Positions 38,257-49,481 are shown, counted from the stretch's first letter. The stretch is DNA of 64,000 nucleotides from an uncultured Verrucomicrobiae bacterium (GCA_963735805.1 CAVTMK010000002.1:768001-832000); one strand, 5' to 3'. Program-made: numbers and translations. The notes: generated by a model not told the origin, from the letters alone.

Positions 38257-39294
38257 ATGATCGTAGAGCGCCATGAGTTTGCGAGCGATAATACCGCGCC
38301 GATTAGCCCCGAAGTCTGGGCCACGTTGCTCGAAGCCAATAATGCGGAGTATGGTGCAGCGTATGGCGAGGACCGTTGGACGGCGCGCCTGTGCGATTCT
38401 ATCCGTGATCTTTTCGAGACTGATTGCGACGTTTACCTCGTTTTCACCGGCACGGCGGCGAACGCGCTCGCGCTCGCGCAAATGTGTCAGTCCTTTCGCA
38501 GCATCATCTGCCATCAGAACGCTCACATTCATACCGACGAGTGCGGCGCGCCGGAATTTTTCACCAGCGGATCAAAACTGCTTTTGATCGGAGGCGTAGA
38601 TGGGAAGATTGATATTGGCCAGACGAAAGCGCTGTTAATGCACGAGAATGACCTTCATTCGCACAAGCCGGGCGCGATCAGCATTGCGCAGGCCACAGAG
38701 TTTGGCACGGTTTATACGCGCGACGATATAGCGGCGATTGCTGATTTGGCTCGTTCCAACGAACTGTTTGTACACATGGATGGCGCGCGTTTTGCCAATG
38801 CAGTCGCGTCACTCAACTGCGCGCCGCGGACGATCACGTGGGAGATCGGTGTTGATGTTCTCTGCTTCGGCGGCACAAAAAATGGGACGGCGGCTGGTGA
38901 GTTGGTGATATTTTTCAATAGGGCCGTCTCTCGCGAGTTCGACTATCGAGTGAAGCAGGCGGGTCAACTCGGGTCGAAGATGCGTTTTCTGGCTGCATCG
39001 TGGATGGGACTCTTGAGAGGAGACGTGTGGCTGCGAAACGCCCGACACGCCAATGGCGCTGCACTCCGGCTTGCACAAAGCCTAAAACACAAGGCGAACG
39101 TAGAAGTTGTATTCCCTGTGGAGGCAAATGCCGTCTTTGTGCGGCTGGACGACCAACTCGTGCGAGGCCTGCAGGCACGCGGCTGGCGCTTTTACAAATT
39201 TATCGAGCCCGATGTTTATCGTCTGATGTGTTCCTGGGCAACCACTGACAATGATATCGGCGATTTCATTCGTGACGTTACCCTAAATCATTGA
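38257..39294 (+). CDS. ltaE: low-specificity L-threonine aldolase
   Basis: 'FASDN', 'TGTAAN', 'HIHTDECGAPE', 'HMDGARFANA' and 'FGGTKNG'. Confidence 0.88.
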   Translation: MIVERHEFASDNTAPISPEVWATLLEANNAEYGAAYGEDRWTARLCDSIRDLFETDCDVYLVFTGTAANALALAQMCQSFRSIICHQNAHIHTDECGAPEFFTSGSKLLLIGGVDGKIDIGQTKALLMHENDLHSHKPGAISIAQATEFGTVYTRDDIAAIADLARSNELFVHMDGARFANAVASLNCAPRTITWEIGVDVLCFGGTKNGTAAGELVIFFNRAVSREFDYRVKQAGQLGSKMRFLAASWMGLLRGDVWLRNARHANGAALRLAQSLKHKANVEVVFPVEANAVFVRLDDQLVRGLQARGWRFYKFIEPDVYRLMCSWATTDNDIGDFIRDVTLNH

Positions 39295-39330
39295 ATGAAT
39301 AGCGATCAATGAGATCTGTATGGAGGTAAA

Positions 39331-39903
39331 ATGAATGCGTTTGTGCGAATTTTGATGCTTGCTCCCGTCCTGCTTGGCGGATGCCAGGCTACCCACGACG
39401 TAGCGGCTACTTCCTACCACGTGACCCGCGGCGCAGCCGTAGGCTCTTACAAAGTGGCTCGGGCCGTCGCAGTCGGTTCGTACCGTGTTGCCAGTGCTCC
39501 AGTGCATTACGCCACGCGGAAGACAGGCGATGACTCACCAACCATGGTGGGAACGGAGAGTCCGTCGGATGTTACAACTCCCGGCCAATCAATTCCGCCG
39601 CCAGAGATGGCGTCGACCTCGCAACAGCAACCGCGAGGTGACGCCGAGCGCGGCCAGACCCGGAGATCGAGCGGATCTTCGGTCACGTCTCGCAACGGGG
39701 CAGCACAGTCACAAACGAGCGCCTCGTCCTCGCGGGCTTCTGCTCCGTCGACGGCGTTTCCAACAGGAAAATTAGTCCCTGGTAAGCCGGGATATGTCTT
39801 CAGCCCATTCGACAAGGAAGGAAGATACGTGGATGTAAGTGGCTTCCCGCCTGGAACTAAAGTGAAAGATCCTTGGACCGATAAGATTTTTCTTGTCCCA
39901 TAG
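39331..39903 (+). CDS. hypothetical lipoprotein
   Basis: Lipobox 'LLGGC', low-complexity S/T linker, compact C-terminal domain 'VPGKPGYVFSPF...KDPWTDKIFLVP'. Confidence 0.65.
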   Translation: MNAFVRILMLAPVLLGGCQATHDVAATSYHVTRGAAVGSYKVARAVAVGSYRVASAPVHYATRKTGDDSPTMVGTESPSDVTTPGQSIPPPEMASTSQQQPRGDAERGQTRRSSGSSVTSRNGAAQSQTSASSSRASAPSTAFPTGKLVPGKPGYVFSPFDKEGRYVDVSGFPPGTKVKDPWTDKIFLVP

Positions 39904-39977
39904 ATTGATGGGCGCTTGGCATCGCGTCTCTTTCCATCGCCCATTGCCGCGAACTGGGGCGAGTGCTACCTAATAAC

Positions 39978-42104
39978 ATGAGACTGGCATCGCGAGTTGC
40001 GAGCTATTTCATTGCTTGGTCTGTCCTCGCTTTTGCGTCGCAAAGCCTGGCGCAGGTGTATCAAGGAAAAGAGCTCGTCAAGGCGGAGCTTCTCGCTGAT
40101 ACGAATGCCATTGTTCCCGGAAAACCGTTCACTGTCGGTTTGCTGCTTCGAATGGCTCCAGGCTGGCACACGTACTGGGCGTTTTCTGGCGACGCTGGTC
40201 TTCCCACAGAATTGAAGTGGAAACTGCCATCGGATTGGAAAGTCGGCGAGATTCAATGGCCAATTCCCCTGAAAACAATCGATCCGGGCGACATTGAGAC
40301 TTACGGCTACGAAAGCGTAGTCCTCTTGATGCAGGAGATTGTGCCGCCGCAGAAAATTGATAATCCAGCAGTTAAGCTTTCCGCCGAGGCCAACTGGCTG
40401 GTTTGCGAGAAAATCTGCGTTCCCGGTAGCGCAACCTTGCAGTTGGAGTTGCCGATCTCGACCACAAGCCAACCGGCAAATGCGGACCTCTTCGCGCGTT
40501 ATCGGCGTTTGTTGCCGCAGAAATGGCCGGGATCAAATGCGGCGATGGCGAACTGGAGTCGGATTGGATCCGATCTCCGTTTAAAGATTACAAGCGATAA
40601 ACTGGCTAACTATCCGGCGCTGGATTTTTTCCCACTACCGGAGCAAAGCGTTATCGTCGGCCATCCGACGGTCGAATCACGCAACAAGAACGAAGTTGTC
40701 TTTCGAATTCCGATCGAATCGTCAGAGAAAAACTTGTCGTCTATCTCAGGCCTGATCATTTATTCCCAGCGACAAAACGGAGAAGACCGTGCAGCGTGGC
40801 AAATTTCCTCTGGGCCGACTGTTTCGGCGACCGCTCCGGCGCCCGTGCCCGGAATCCTTACTTTTCTACTTTTCGGTTTCCTGGGCGGCATAATCTTGAA
40901 TCTGATGCCGTGCGTTCTGCCCGTAATCTCACTGAAAATCTTTGGGTTCATTCAACATGCAGGGCAAAGCCGTCAGAAAGTTTTGCGGAGCGGCATCGCG
41001 TTTGCGGCAGGAATCTTTGCGTGGTTCGTCGGCCTTGCAGTGGTCATGATCGCGCTCAAGACCGCGGGGCATGACGTGACCTGGGGCGGATTTCAGTTCA
41101 CTAACGCCTACTTCGTACTTGCGTTAAGTGTGATAGTCCTGGTCTTGGCTTTGAATCTCTTTGGCGTGTTTGAGATTTCACTGCCGCAAAGCATGACGCG
41201 TGGTTTGCTTTCGACGACCGAGCGCAAAGACGATCTAGGGTCATTCTTCCAGGGTATGTTCGCCACGGTTCTGGCAACGCCCTGCACCGCGCCATTTCTT
41301 GGAACGGCGCTTGGCTTCGCATTTTCGCAGTCATCGGCGGTTATCCTGGCGATATTTGTCGCTATCGCCACTGGAATGAGTGCGCCTTATCTGCTTTTAA
41401 GCGCACAACCTGCCTGGCTGCGATTTCTGCCGAAGCCGGGTCCCTGGATGTTGCATGTGAAACAATTCATGGGTTTCCTGCTGCTGGCTACGCTGCTATT
41501 TCTTCTTTACGTGCTAGGCGCGCAGCGCGGCTTGGAAGGAGCGATTTGGGCAAGCTGCTTTCTTCTGGTGGTCAGTGTCGCGTGCTGGATGAAGGGCGCC
41601 TTCGTTCTGCCGGCCACGTCAGCTACGAAGCGCAGCATCGTGCTCGCGCTTATGCTCGCACTCGTGCTCGGAAGCGGCTTCTATTTCATTGGCGGGAAAT
41701 TTCGCCTAACGAATCTTGCCTCGGTCGATTTACGATCCCGGGGAGACTGGCAGGCGTTTACAACCGAGCGTTTGCAAGCGGAACTGGACCAAGACCATTC
41801 GGTGTTTGTCGATTTTACGGCAGCATGGTGTCTTACCTGCAAATTTAACGAGGCAAACGTCCTCGAGAATGCAGAGGTTCGAGAAGCGTTTCAACGCCAC
41901 GGGATTGTGAAATTGAAAGCCGATTGGACGAACGGCGATCCAACGATCACGAAATTGTTGCAACAATTTGGCCGGCCGGGTGTTCCGCTTTACGTGCTCT
42001 ACCCCGGAAAAAACGAAGAACCGATTGTCTTCCCCGAAGTGCTCACCAAGGGAATGGTTCTGGAAAAACTCGAGACCGCCGCGCACAGGATGGCTGCACA
42101 ATAA
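39978..42104 (+). CDS. dsbD: protein-disulfide reductase DsbD family
   Basis: 'GWHTYW', 'WLVCEKICVP', 'LNLMPCVLPV', 'ATPCTAPF' and thioredoxin 'WCLTC'. Confidence 0.9.
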   Translation: MRLASRVASYFIAWSVLAFASQSLAQVYQGKELVKAELLADTNAIVPGKPFTVGLLLRMAPGWHTYWAFSGDAGLPTELKWKLPSDWKVGEIQWPIPLKTIDPGDIETYGYESVVLLMQEIVPPQKIDNPAVKLSAEANWLVCEKICVPGSATLQLELPISTTSQPANADLFARYRRLLPQKWPGSNAAMANWSRIGSDLRLKITSDKLANYPALDFFPLPEQSVIVGHPTVESRNKNEVVFRIPIESSEKNLSSISGLIIYSQRQNGEDRAAWQISSGPTVSATAPAPVPGILTFLLFGFLGGIILNLMPCVLPVISLKIFGFIQHAGQSRQKVLRSGIAFAAGIFAWFVGLAVVMIALKTAGHDVTWGGFQFTNAYFVLALSVIVLVLALNLFGVFEISLPQSMTRGLLSTTERKDDLGSFFQGMFATVLATPCTAPFLGTALGFAFSQSSAVILAIFVAIATGMSAPYLLLSAQPAWLRFLPKPGPWMLHVKQFMGFLLLATLLFLLYVLGAQRGLEGAIWASCFLLVVSVACWMKGAFVLPATSATKRSIVLALMLALVLGSGFYFIGGKFRLTNLASVDLRSRGDWQAFTTERLQAELDQDHSVFVDFTAAWCLTCKFNEANVLENAEVREAFQRHGIVKLKADWTNGDPTITKLLQQFGRPGVPLYVLYPGKNEEPIVFPEVLTKGMVLEKLETAAHRMAAQ

Positions 42105-42150
42105 ATTATGAGCATAGGGTCAATCGCCATCATCGATCGGAGAACCTGCG

Positions 42151-42684
42151 ATGGGATCCGCTGATTTGTCGCTGGTCAAAGACTGGATCAGTTTGGAAAT
42201 CACGCCGCAGCTTTATGACCAAATTCGTGCCTTATGGGCGTATCACTGCGACCGGGAAAATAATGGCGACATTCAGGGTCTGCTAACGACCCTCACCGAC
42301 GATTGCGAATACCACTTGGTCAATGTGGGCGCGAAATGGCACGGCCACGAAGGGGCGCGCTCTTTTTACGCCGATCTCCTCAATGCATTCGCCGATGTTC
42401 TATGGGTTCCAGAAGCGCTCGTAATTGGACCGCAGGGCGTATTTGACGTCGTCGTAATGAACGGCAAGCAGCTCAAAGACTGGTGCGGGATCACGGCAAG
42501 TGGCGACCGCGTTTATGTTCGTTTTCTGATCTGGTTCCCGTGGGACACGCGACAAAGCAAATTTTCCGGAGAGCGGATGTATCTTCAAACAGTCACACCG
42601 GAGACTGCTTTGCTGCCCGAAGAAACGGCGAAGGGAGAAGATGCGCACGCAATTTTGGAGCAGTGGGCCGCTAAGCGAAAATAG
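42151..42684 (+). CDS. SnoaL-like / ester cyclase (NTF2 fold) protein
   Basis: 'ENNGDIQGLLTTLTDDC', 'WHGHEGARSFY..LLNAF' and 'FSGERMY'. Confidence 0.7.
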   Translation: MGSADLSLVKDWISLEITPQLYDQIRALWAYHCDRENNGDIQGLLTTLTDDCEYHLVNVGAKWHGHEGARSFYADLLNAFADVLWVPEALVIGPQGVFDVVVMNGKQLKDWCGITASGDRVYVRFLIWFPWDTRQSKFSGERMYLQTVTPETALLPEETAKGEDAHAILEQWAAKRK

Positions 42685-42826
42685 GAGTAAATTTAACGGT
42701 TGCCTACGAGGCTTCGACGGTTTTGTCTATAGATTAGTGGCGGAGAGATTGCATTTCGAGAATCTTGCTCAAGTGTTGGTCTAAGAAAATTGAACTAGGT
42801 TCACAACTTCGCTTTCTAACCAAACT

Positions 42827-43441
42827 ATGAACAAGAAGATTACTTTAAGCATTATCGCATCACTTATCGCCACTGCAGTCTTTGCCTTGGATCCGCCTCC
42901 AGTTGGCAGTGCTGCGCCGGATTTTTCGCTCGGCGACGCAAAAGGCCAGGCGCATTCGCTTTCCCAATACAAGGGAAAGTACGTCGTGCTCGAATGGTTT
43001 AATCCGGAATGCCCGTTTGTGAAGAAGCATTACGGCACCGATAACATGCAAAAATTGCAAAAGGAATACACGGATAAGGGTGTCGTTTGGCTGACTATCG
43101 ACTCTAATGCCCCTGGCACCGAAGGGAATTTAACGGCGAACGAGGCCCAGAAGATCACAACCTCCTGGAAAACGCAGCAGACTGCGTTGCTTCTTGATCC
43201 GGACGGCAAAGTGGGTCGCGCGTATGGCGCCAAGAACACGCCGAACATGGTGATTATTAATCCGGAGGGGAAAATTGCTTACGAGGGCGCAATTGATAGC
43301 AAAGCGACACCGAATCCGGCCGATATCCCGAGCTCCACAAACTATGTCAAGGCGGCCCTGGATCAATCATTGGCGGGCAAATCAGTCTCCATGCCGCAAA
43401 CCAAACCATACGGTTGCTCGGTCAAATACAAATCGTCCTAA
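42827..43441 (+). CDS. secreted redoxin / thioredoxin-like protein
   Basis: Signal peptide, 'VVLEWFNPECPFV', 'GAKNTP', 'YEGAID' and 'YGCSVKY'. Confidence 0.88.
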   Translation: MNKKITLSIIASLIATAVFALDPPPVGSAAPDFSLGDAKGQAHSLSQYKGKYVVLEWFNPECPFVKKHYGTDNMQKLQKEYTDKGVVWLTIDSNAPGTEGNLTANEAQKITTSWKTQQTALLLDPDGKVGRAYGAKNTPNMVIINPEGKIAYEGAIDSKATPNPADIPSSTNYVKAALDQSLAGKSVSMPQTKPYGCSVKYKSS

Positions 43442-43475
43442 AGCTCTAAAACAGGTAACGGTTGAACTTTCGAAG

Positions 43476-43502
43476 CGGCGGTCGAAGACGACCGCCGTTT
43501 TT
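43476..43502 (+). terminator. intrinsic terminator after the redoxin gene
   Basis: CGGCGGTCG-AAGA-CGACCGCCG hairpin followed by TTTTT. Confidence 0.7.
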
Positions 43503-43607
43503 GTTTATTTCCCGTTGTCGCGCTGCAAGGTTCGAGCAGTTACTTCCAAGATGAGACAGAGAGCTTTCCCTGGCGCATGACTTTTTTAGCCGGATATAAG
43601 CGAACTG

Positions 43608-45134
43608 GTGCGTTTCAGCCGCTCCCAGCGTTTGATGAACAACCAAACAAAACCATTCACCAATAGAACCGAAAGCGTCTTCATCGCGTTCCTCTGTGTC
43701 GCGGCAGCTGTTCGAGTTTTTATTTTCTCGGCCGCGTTCCCATTCTTTAGCAATATCGATGAGGACCTGCACTTTGACCTCATCACGCAATATTCTCATG
43801 GTGATCTTCCGCGTGCGTTCGATCCGCTAAAAAAAGAGACTCTTAATTGGATCGTTCCGTACGCGTCTCCAGAGTTCTTGTTTACTGCCGATCAATTTCC
43901 GGGCGCGAAATTTCCTGCGCCTTTGTGGAAGCAATCGGGTCCCACGGTTGAACCAGAAATTGCGGCTACAAGAGCTGCGTGGAGCAGCGAAATCAATTTC
44001 GAATCCTCTCAGCCGCCGATCTATTATGCCCTCGCTAGTGTTTGGTGGTGGATCGGAAAGCACCTCGGATTGACGGGCCTTCAATCACTCTATTGGATTC
44101 GCTTCCTCAATGGCTTTCTGATTGGACTTGTTGTATTGCTCGGTTATCTGATCGCTCGCATCGTAGCGCCTGAGCGCGTGGAAATGCGTCTCGGCGTGAC
44201 AATGCTGCTCGCGATTATTCCTCAGAACGTTTTTTACGCGCTAAATAACGACGTTCTGTCTCCTGTGTGCTTTGGCGGGTTGTTTCTTTGTGTGTTGCAA
44301 TGGTTGCGCACAGACAGACCGACTCTCTTGCTTGGCACGGTCACAGGCCTGGCAATTGCGGCCACATACCTGACCAAACTATCCAACTTGCCACTGATCG
44401 CTGTGGCTCTGGTTGCAATTATTGCGAAACTGCGACCGGCGAACCGGGAAAAATCAAAAACCGCCTTGGCGGCATTTGGAGTGCTTATTCTCTGCGCTTC
44501 GATTCCGATTGGTAGTTGGATGGTCTGGACAAAATATCAATTCGGCGATCTTACCGGATCAGCAGCAAAAATCACCTTGCTTGGCTGGACAAAGAAACCT
44601 TTTTCAGACTGGTGGCAGCATCCAATCTTTACACTGCAAGGCATTTGGGTTTTTTGGTCTGACCTCATCAGCAGTTTCTGGCGCGGCGAAGCAAAATGGC
44701 ACGGTCAGCCGTTAAGTTGTCCAGTTGCCGATGGATTCTATACAATTTCCTCGCTAGTGCTGCTCGTTGCTGCACTTCTTGGATTGCGAAGGGAAGCAGG
44801 GTTGTCGATGTTTCAGCGGCAAGCGATGGGCGTAGCTGTTTTGGGTTTCATCGCTTCGGTTGGATTCTTAGCATTACTTTCGATTCAATTCGATTTCGGC
44901 GGTTGTATCAATCCCTCGGGCGCGCACCCATATTTCACGTCGGGCCGATTGTTGAGCGGCGCGCTGATTCCATTCGCGTTATTTTATGTCTACGGCATCA
45001 GCTGGATCCTCCGCCGAATCAACTCTACTCTGCCTCTTCTGGTGCTGGGCATCCTCCTGATGTTTGTGACAGCGTCAGAAATCAAAATCAACCGTGCAGT
45101 GTTCGCGAGCCAGCATAACTGGTTTCACCTCTAG
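43608..45134 (+). CDS. GT-C fold membrane glycosyltransferase-like protein (DUF2142-like)
   Basis: 'NIDEDLH', 'QPPIYY', 'NND', 'LTK' and many TM helices. Alternative start at 43635. Confidence 0.65.
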   Translation: MRFSRSQRLMNNQTKPFTNRTESVFIAFLCVAAAVRVFIFSAAFPFFSNIDEDLHFDLITQYSHGDLPRAFDPLKKETLNWIVPYASPEFLFTADQFPGAKFPAPLWKQSGPTVEPEIAATRAAWSSEINFESSQPPIYYALASVWWWIGKHLGLTGLQSLYWIRFLNGFLIGLVVLLGYLIARIVAPERVEMRLGVTMLLAIIPQNVFYALNNDVLSPVCFGGLFLCVLQWLRTDRPTLLLGTVTGLAIAATYLTKLSNLPLIAVALVAIIAKLRPANREKSKTALAAFGVLILCASIPIGSWMVWTKYQFGDLTGSAAKITLLGWTKKPFSDWWQHPIFTLQGIWVFWSDLISSFWRGEAKWHGQPLSCPVADGFYTISSLVLLVAALLGLRREAGLSMFQRQAMGVAVLGFIASVGFLALLSIQFDFGGCINPSGAHPYFTSGRLLSGALIPFALFYVYGISWILRRINSTLPLLVLGILLMFVTASEIKINRAVFASQHNWFHL

Positions 45135-45179
45135 GATTATCTCGACACCTTTGCTGCGAACCACGACTCGGAATTCACC

Positions 45180-45983
45180 CTAGGCGGTTCTGCGCCTTGG
45201 CGAAAATCGCGATATAAATCGAAGGATCGGCATTGGCGTTATTCGGACGAGAAACATCCCGAGTTTCATCGGAAAGCCTGGAATAACGAGCGGGCGATCC
45301 GCCTCCAATGCTGTAAGCGCATCATGCACGACTTCTTCCACCGAAACGAAAACGAACTCCGGTCCCGTGTCCGGCTGAGCACCCTGGCGTTTGGCAACTT
45401 CCTGAAACTCCGTGTGCACAGGTCCCGGACAAAGAGCGCAGACACTTACGCCTGTTCCCCGGAGTTCGGCTCGAAGCGCTTCGGAAAAGCTTGTGACGTA
45501 AGCCTTGGTCGCTGCGTAAACCGCAAAATCAGGAATCGGAAGAAATCCAGCCGACGAGCTAACATTCAAAATACCGCCACGTCGTTGGGTGATCATTCGC
45601 GGGAGCAAGTGGCGAGTCAGTCTGGTGAGAGCGACAACGTTCACGAGGGTCATTTGCTCGTTGCGGATCGGATCGCTGGTTGCGAATGCACCGCTGTCGC
45701 CCAGTCCGGCGTTATTGATCAAGAGATCCACATCAATGCTTGCGCGATCAAGCCATGCCAGCAGTTCATTCAGTTGAACAGGATCCGCGAGATCGGTTTT
45801 ACGAAGGAAAACCGCGATGTTCGGATACTGTTGTTCTAGTTTACCGCAAAGGTCGTTCAGTCTCTGCTCGCGTCGTGCGATTAGAATGAGCGATTTGGCG
45901 CGACTGGCGAGTTGGCAGGCAAATTCGCGGCCGATCCCAGCCGAAGCCCCGGTGATCAGCGCGTTACACCCGTCGAGTTTCAT
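45180..45983 (-). CDS. short-chain dehydrogenase/reductase
   Basis: 'ITGASAGIG', 'LINNAG', 'YAATK' and 'CPGPVHTEF'. Confidence 0.92.
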   Translation of the reverse strand: MKLDGCNALITGASAGIGREFACQLASRAKSLILIARREQRLNDLCGKLEQQYPNIAVFLRKTDLADPVQLNELLAWLDRASIDVDLLINNAGLGDSGAFATSDPIRNEQMTLVNVVALTRLTRHLLPRMITQRRGGILNVSSSAGFLPIPDFAVYAATKAYVTSFSEALRAELRGTGVSVCALCPGPVHTEFQEVAKRQGAQPDTGPEFVFVSVEEVVHDALTALEADRPLVIPGFPMKLGMFLVRITPMPILRFISRFSPRRRTA

Positions 45984-45984
45984 T

Positions 45985-46767
45985 TCACGTTGTGGCCGAG
46001 GGCGCGGCTCTCGGCTTGTGAACGTGGCCGGCGTCTTGCCTGGCACGGTCAAGGTGCGCGCCGACAGGGCCGTTGCTATTTTTCGACTGCAGCTCCTTGA
46101 GCTCCCGTTGCGTTAGTGGCCGCCAATGCCCGCAAGGCAAATCGTCAAGCCGAAGATTTCCGATTCGAATGCGAAGAAGATGTTTGACGCGGTATCCGAC
46201 GGCCTCGAACATGCGCCGAATCTGGCGATTCATTCCCTGTCGCAAGATAGCCCGCAGACGCGTAGGGGACAGGGAACGAAGCCGCACAATTTTCGCCCGG
46301 TGGCCGTCAAGGAGAATTCCGCGCAGCAGCTTCGGAGTTAGCGACGGATCCCAAGATCGATCCAACGTGATCTCATATTCCTTGTCGGTCTTGAAACGAG
46401 GATGGGTCAGACCCTGCGCCAATTCGCCGTCATTCGTCAGAAGCAGTAAGCCTTGAGTCTGTGTATCGAGACGTCCAATAGTGAAAAGGTGGGAAAATTT
46501 TTCTGGTATGAGGTCAAAAACCGTGTTGCGGGCGTGCAGATCCTTTCTAGTCGAAACGAATCCGGCGGGTTTATGTAACATGATCGTAAGCGCGGGACAG
46601 GCGTGAACAAGTCTGTGATCGACTTTGACATGATCGTGCGGTTCCGGCTGCGCGCTGAAATTAGTGCAAACCTTACCGTTAACTGTGACGCGCCCTGCAG
46701 CGATCAACTCGTCACAACGGCGACGCGACCCGAGACCGGCGGCGGCGAGGAAGCGGTTTAGGCGCAT
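45985..46767 (-). CDS. RsuA/RluB-family pseudouridine synthase
   Basis: S4 domain 'RLNRFLAAAGLGSRR', 'HKPAG', 'GRLD', 'LLLTNDG' and 'NRQIRRMF'. Confidence 0.9.
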   Translation of the reverse strand: MRLNRFLAAAGLGSRRRCDELIAAGRVTVNGKVCTNFSAQPEPHDHVKVDHRLVHACPALTIMLHKPAGFVSTRKDLHARNTVFDLIPEKFSHLFTIGRLDTQTQGLLLLTNDGELAQGLTHPRFKTDKEYEITLDRSWDPSLTPKLLRGILLDGHRAKIVRLRSLSPTRLRAILRQGMNRQIRRMFEAVGYRVKHLLRIRIGNLRLDDLPCGHWRPLTQRELKELQSKNSNGPVGAHLDRARQDAGHVHKPRAAPSATT

Positions 46768-46863
46768 GGCGTACACTAAAACGTTACATCGTTAAAAGCA
46801 GGCTGCGCTCGCCTTATTTTAACTTTGTAGCTGTTTCAGCGGGTCACTTCCGCGCGAAGCGCA

Positions 46864-47019
46864 TCACACATCCGGCTTCGTCTTGGGAAGGCCGACGACT
46901 TTCTGACCTTCCTTCCATTGGCCACGCTTTTTCAAAAGCTCGACCCGTTCGAAGCGCTTTAGCACATTGCGCCTGGCGGCGATCGTGCTGGCTCCTTTTA
47001 AGCTGCGATGTTGCGACAT
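46864..47019 (-). CDS. PVC-superphylum signature small basic protein
   Basis: Manual translation: MSQHRSLKGASTIAARRNVLKRFERVELLKKRGQWKEGQKVVGLPKTKPDV (51 aa). Absent from the ORF track. Confidence 0.85.
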   Translation of the reverse strand: MSQHRSLKGASTIAARRNVLKRFERVELLKKRGQWKEGQKVVGLPKTKPDV

Positions 47020-47100
47020 AAATGAGTTACCCCCGCGAAATGAGCGGGCACACTAAGCTGTCACGCGGATTTTTCAAATGGAGATCATCGATACAGCGCT

Positions 47101-48894
47101 TCACAATTCATTACTGAGAACCACGTAGGTCCCGCAGGTTGTAATTTGATGATAAACGTGAAAGTGGGCGGTTAAGAGCTGTTTCCAATAATCCCCGCGG
47201 CTTTGCTCGATAATTAGATATATCGCGTCGGATTGCCCCCACTTTTCCAGGACTGCGTCTTCCTTCAAAAAGATGTCTATAGAGGGCTTTCCCATCGGGG
47301 TTTCTTTCTCAGGATTCTGATTAACCAGAAAAAACTTCCGGTTTAGATAAAAGATCAGGCTGCTGCTGTCGGGGAGCGGCCCTTCAAAGATGGTATCGCC
47401 GCCAGCGTCCAGCCGCGGATTGAGAAATCGCGCCACATCGGCGAGGGAAAAATAGGGTGCGATTTGCGCGACTGCTTCCATCATGCTGAGTCCGCCTGGG
47501 ATCATTGCGGCAGAGACAGCGATAGCTGCAAGCTTCTCGCGTCGCTTACGAATTAGGTACACGGCAACGAGCGAAAGAGAAATGAGCGAGACGCCACAGA
47601 TCGCAATCAACGGTCGAAATGCCGGCCAGGTTGAAACCGGGATGTCGTGTAACGCCCTCCAGGCGGTCCAGCGCGCGTCCATCATACCCCAGTTTCCATT
47701 CAGTGCGCGTGCCGCGTCGGCAAGAAAGAATAACGGTATGGTAGTCATTATGCCGACGAGGCCTACCGCGATTACTCCGGCGGTGCGTAATCGCTGCGGT
47801 ATTCGGTCCCATGCAACAGCCGCCCAGAGCGCGAAGGCGCTCCACATACTCATTGAATAGTAGTCTTGTCGTTGCCCCAGGAAGAGCAATGGCACAAACA
47901 CGACGCCCATCCAGCAGAGCGGCAACGCCTCGGCGAAATTGAGTTCTTGCAGTCGAACTACACGTTGCCAGGCAAAAATGACGCCGGGTAAGAGCGCAAT
48001 CGACCATGGAAACCACCAGGCCAGATGCAACACCAGAAACTGGTACGCCGGCATGCCAAGGAAATCATGGGTTTCATCGGTGAGTCCGCGAAGATGACCG
48101 AGCCATTCCGAAGTGATGAGATAACGAAAATATCCGGGGAAACGCCATTGGGCCCACATGTGCCACGGCGCAACAATCAAAACGAAGATCGCGAGATATT
48201 TCCATCGTAGTAGCCCGCGGAATCGCATTCGCGCTTCGCGGTAAAATAGTGAGAGGATAAAAAAGATTGCGGCCGGATAAACGATGCCGAGCAAACCTTT
48301 GGTCAGGCAGGCGAAGCCCGAGAAAATCCAAAAACCCGCGAACCAGATCCGCCGACCCCGGCGCCGCTGATAACCGCTCAGTCCGCAAAAGATAGCGCCC
48401 GCGATCAGTGCACTAACAACCGGTTCGGGCATGACGATGCGTGCGAGGAGAAATGTGCCGCACAAACTCAGATAGATCACTCCAGCAATAAAACCACGCC
48501 AGTAATCAGTGAGCTTTTCCCCGATGAGAAAGATCAAAGCGGAGGAGGCTACGACCGCAAGCGCGACTGGGAGCCTGGCAGCCGCTGCATTTACGCCAAA
48601 AAGCTTGAACGAAATGATGATCAGCCAGTAGAGCAATGGTGGTTTTTGCAGTCGCGGCGCGCCATCATTTGTAGGTAAAAGCCACTGATGTGTCTCGACC
48701 ATTTCGCGAGCCGCGCCTGCATATTGGCCTTCTGTCTGGCTATACAGATCACCGGAGCCAATCGTCGCTACGTGTAACAGAGCGGCCAAGGCAATCAGAA
48801 TCACCAATAGGGCGTGGCGCGTTGGCGGCGGAGGCAGTGCCTGCGGCTCGAGCAGAGTTTCTTCAAGGCTCAGGCTCTGGGTGCCAGCTGTCAT
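47101..48894 (-). CDS. ArnT/PMT-like (GT39/GT83) membrane glycosyltransferase
   Basis: '[11 protein letters not shown]', 'KPPLLYW', 'LTKG', 'PW' and multiple TM helices. Confidence 0.85.
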   Translation of the reverse strand: MTAGTQSLSLEETLLEPQALPPPPTRHALLVILIALAALLHVATIGSGDLYSQTEGQYAGAAREMVETHQWLLPTNDGAPRLQKPPLLYWLIIISFKLFGVNAAAARLPVALAVVASSALIFLIGEKLTDYWRGFIAGVIYLSLCGTFLLARIVMPEPVVSALIAGAIFCGLSGYQRRRGRRIWFAGFWIFSGFACLTKGLLGIVYPAAIFFILSLFYREARMRFRGLLRWKYLAIFVLIVAPWHMWAQWRFPGYFRYLITSEWLGHLRGLTDETHDFLGMPAYQFLVLHLAWWFPWSIALLPGVIFAWQRVVRLQELNFAEALPLCWMGVVFVPLLFLGQRQDYYSMSMWSAFALWAAVAWDRIPQRLRTAGVIAVGLVGIMTTIPLFFLADAARALNGNWGMMDARWTAWRALHDIPVSTWPAFRPLIAICGVSLISLSLVAVYLIRKRREKLAAIAVSAAMIPGGLSMMEAVAQIAPYFSLADVARFLNPRLDAGGDTIFEGPLPDSSSLIFYLNRKFFLVNQNPEKETPMGKPSIDIFLKEDAVLEKWGQSDAIYLIIEQSRGDYWKQLLTAHFHVYHQITTCGTYVVLSNEL

Positions 48895-49361
48895 TGAATA
48901 CGGTCCTTGCTACAACTTGGCGTTTGTAAGTCGCGCCCGGACTCGACGGAATCTTCCAGTTGGTATTCTTCCCAATGTTCGGGCAAACGAATCAGTTTTC
49001 CCTCTGGCATTTCGATCAATGCGAGCATCTGTCGGCATTGGGCGATTAGCACATTGTCCGTGGGCCGGATAATCCGGAATGCACACCAGAATCGGACGCG
49101 TTCCACCCGATCCAGCCAGCCTTCGATCACAAGCTGATCCCCAAGTTTGGCCGCCCGTCGATAATCGATCTCTGTTCGCACGACTACCGGATACCTCTGA
49201 TTCTCTGCCATTTCCGTCAGAGCGAGACCGAGTTTTTCAGCAAGATGAGTGCGCGCGACCTCGATGAAACGCAAATAGGAGATGTTTGAGACAACACCTC
49301 CGCAATCGGTGTCAAAAAACATCACCTGTAGTTGCGTGCGGATGCGCGGAGAAACGGCCAT
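48891..49361 (-). CDS. acyl-CoA thioesterase (YbgC/4HBT family)
   Basis: '[26 protein letters not shown]'. Confidence 0.85.
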   Translation of the reverse strand: MAVSPRIRTQLQVMFFDTDCGGVVSNISYLRFIEVARTHLAEKLGLALTEMAENQRYPVVVRTEIDYRRAAKLGDQLVIEGWLDRVERVRFWCAFRIIRPTDNVLIAQCRQMLALIEMPEGKLIRLPEHWEEYQLEDSVESGRDLQTPSCSKDRIQ

Positions 49362-49481
49362 GGCAGACTTCAGATTTCAGGGTCTGGATTCGGACGTTTT
49401 TGCTTGGTCGTAACATGCAAAAGCGATGAGTCGGCAGTTCTGTAAATCATCTGGCGAGTGTGAGATCTGAGCATTTCGATT

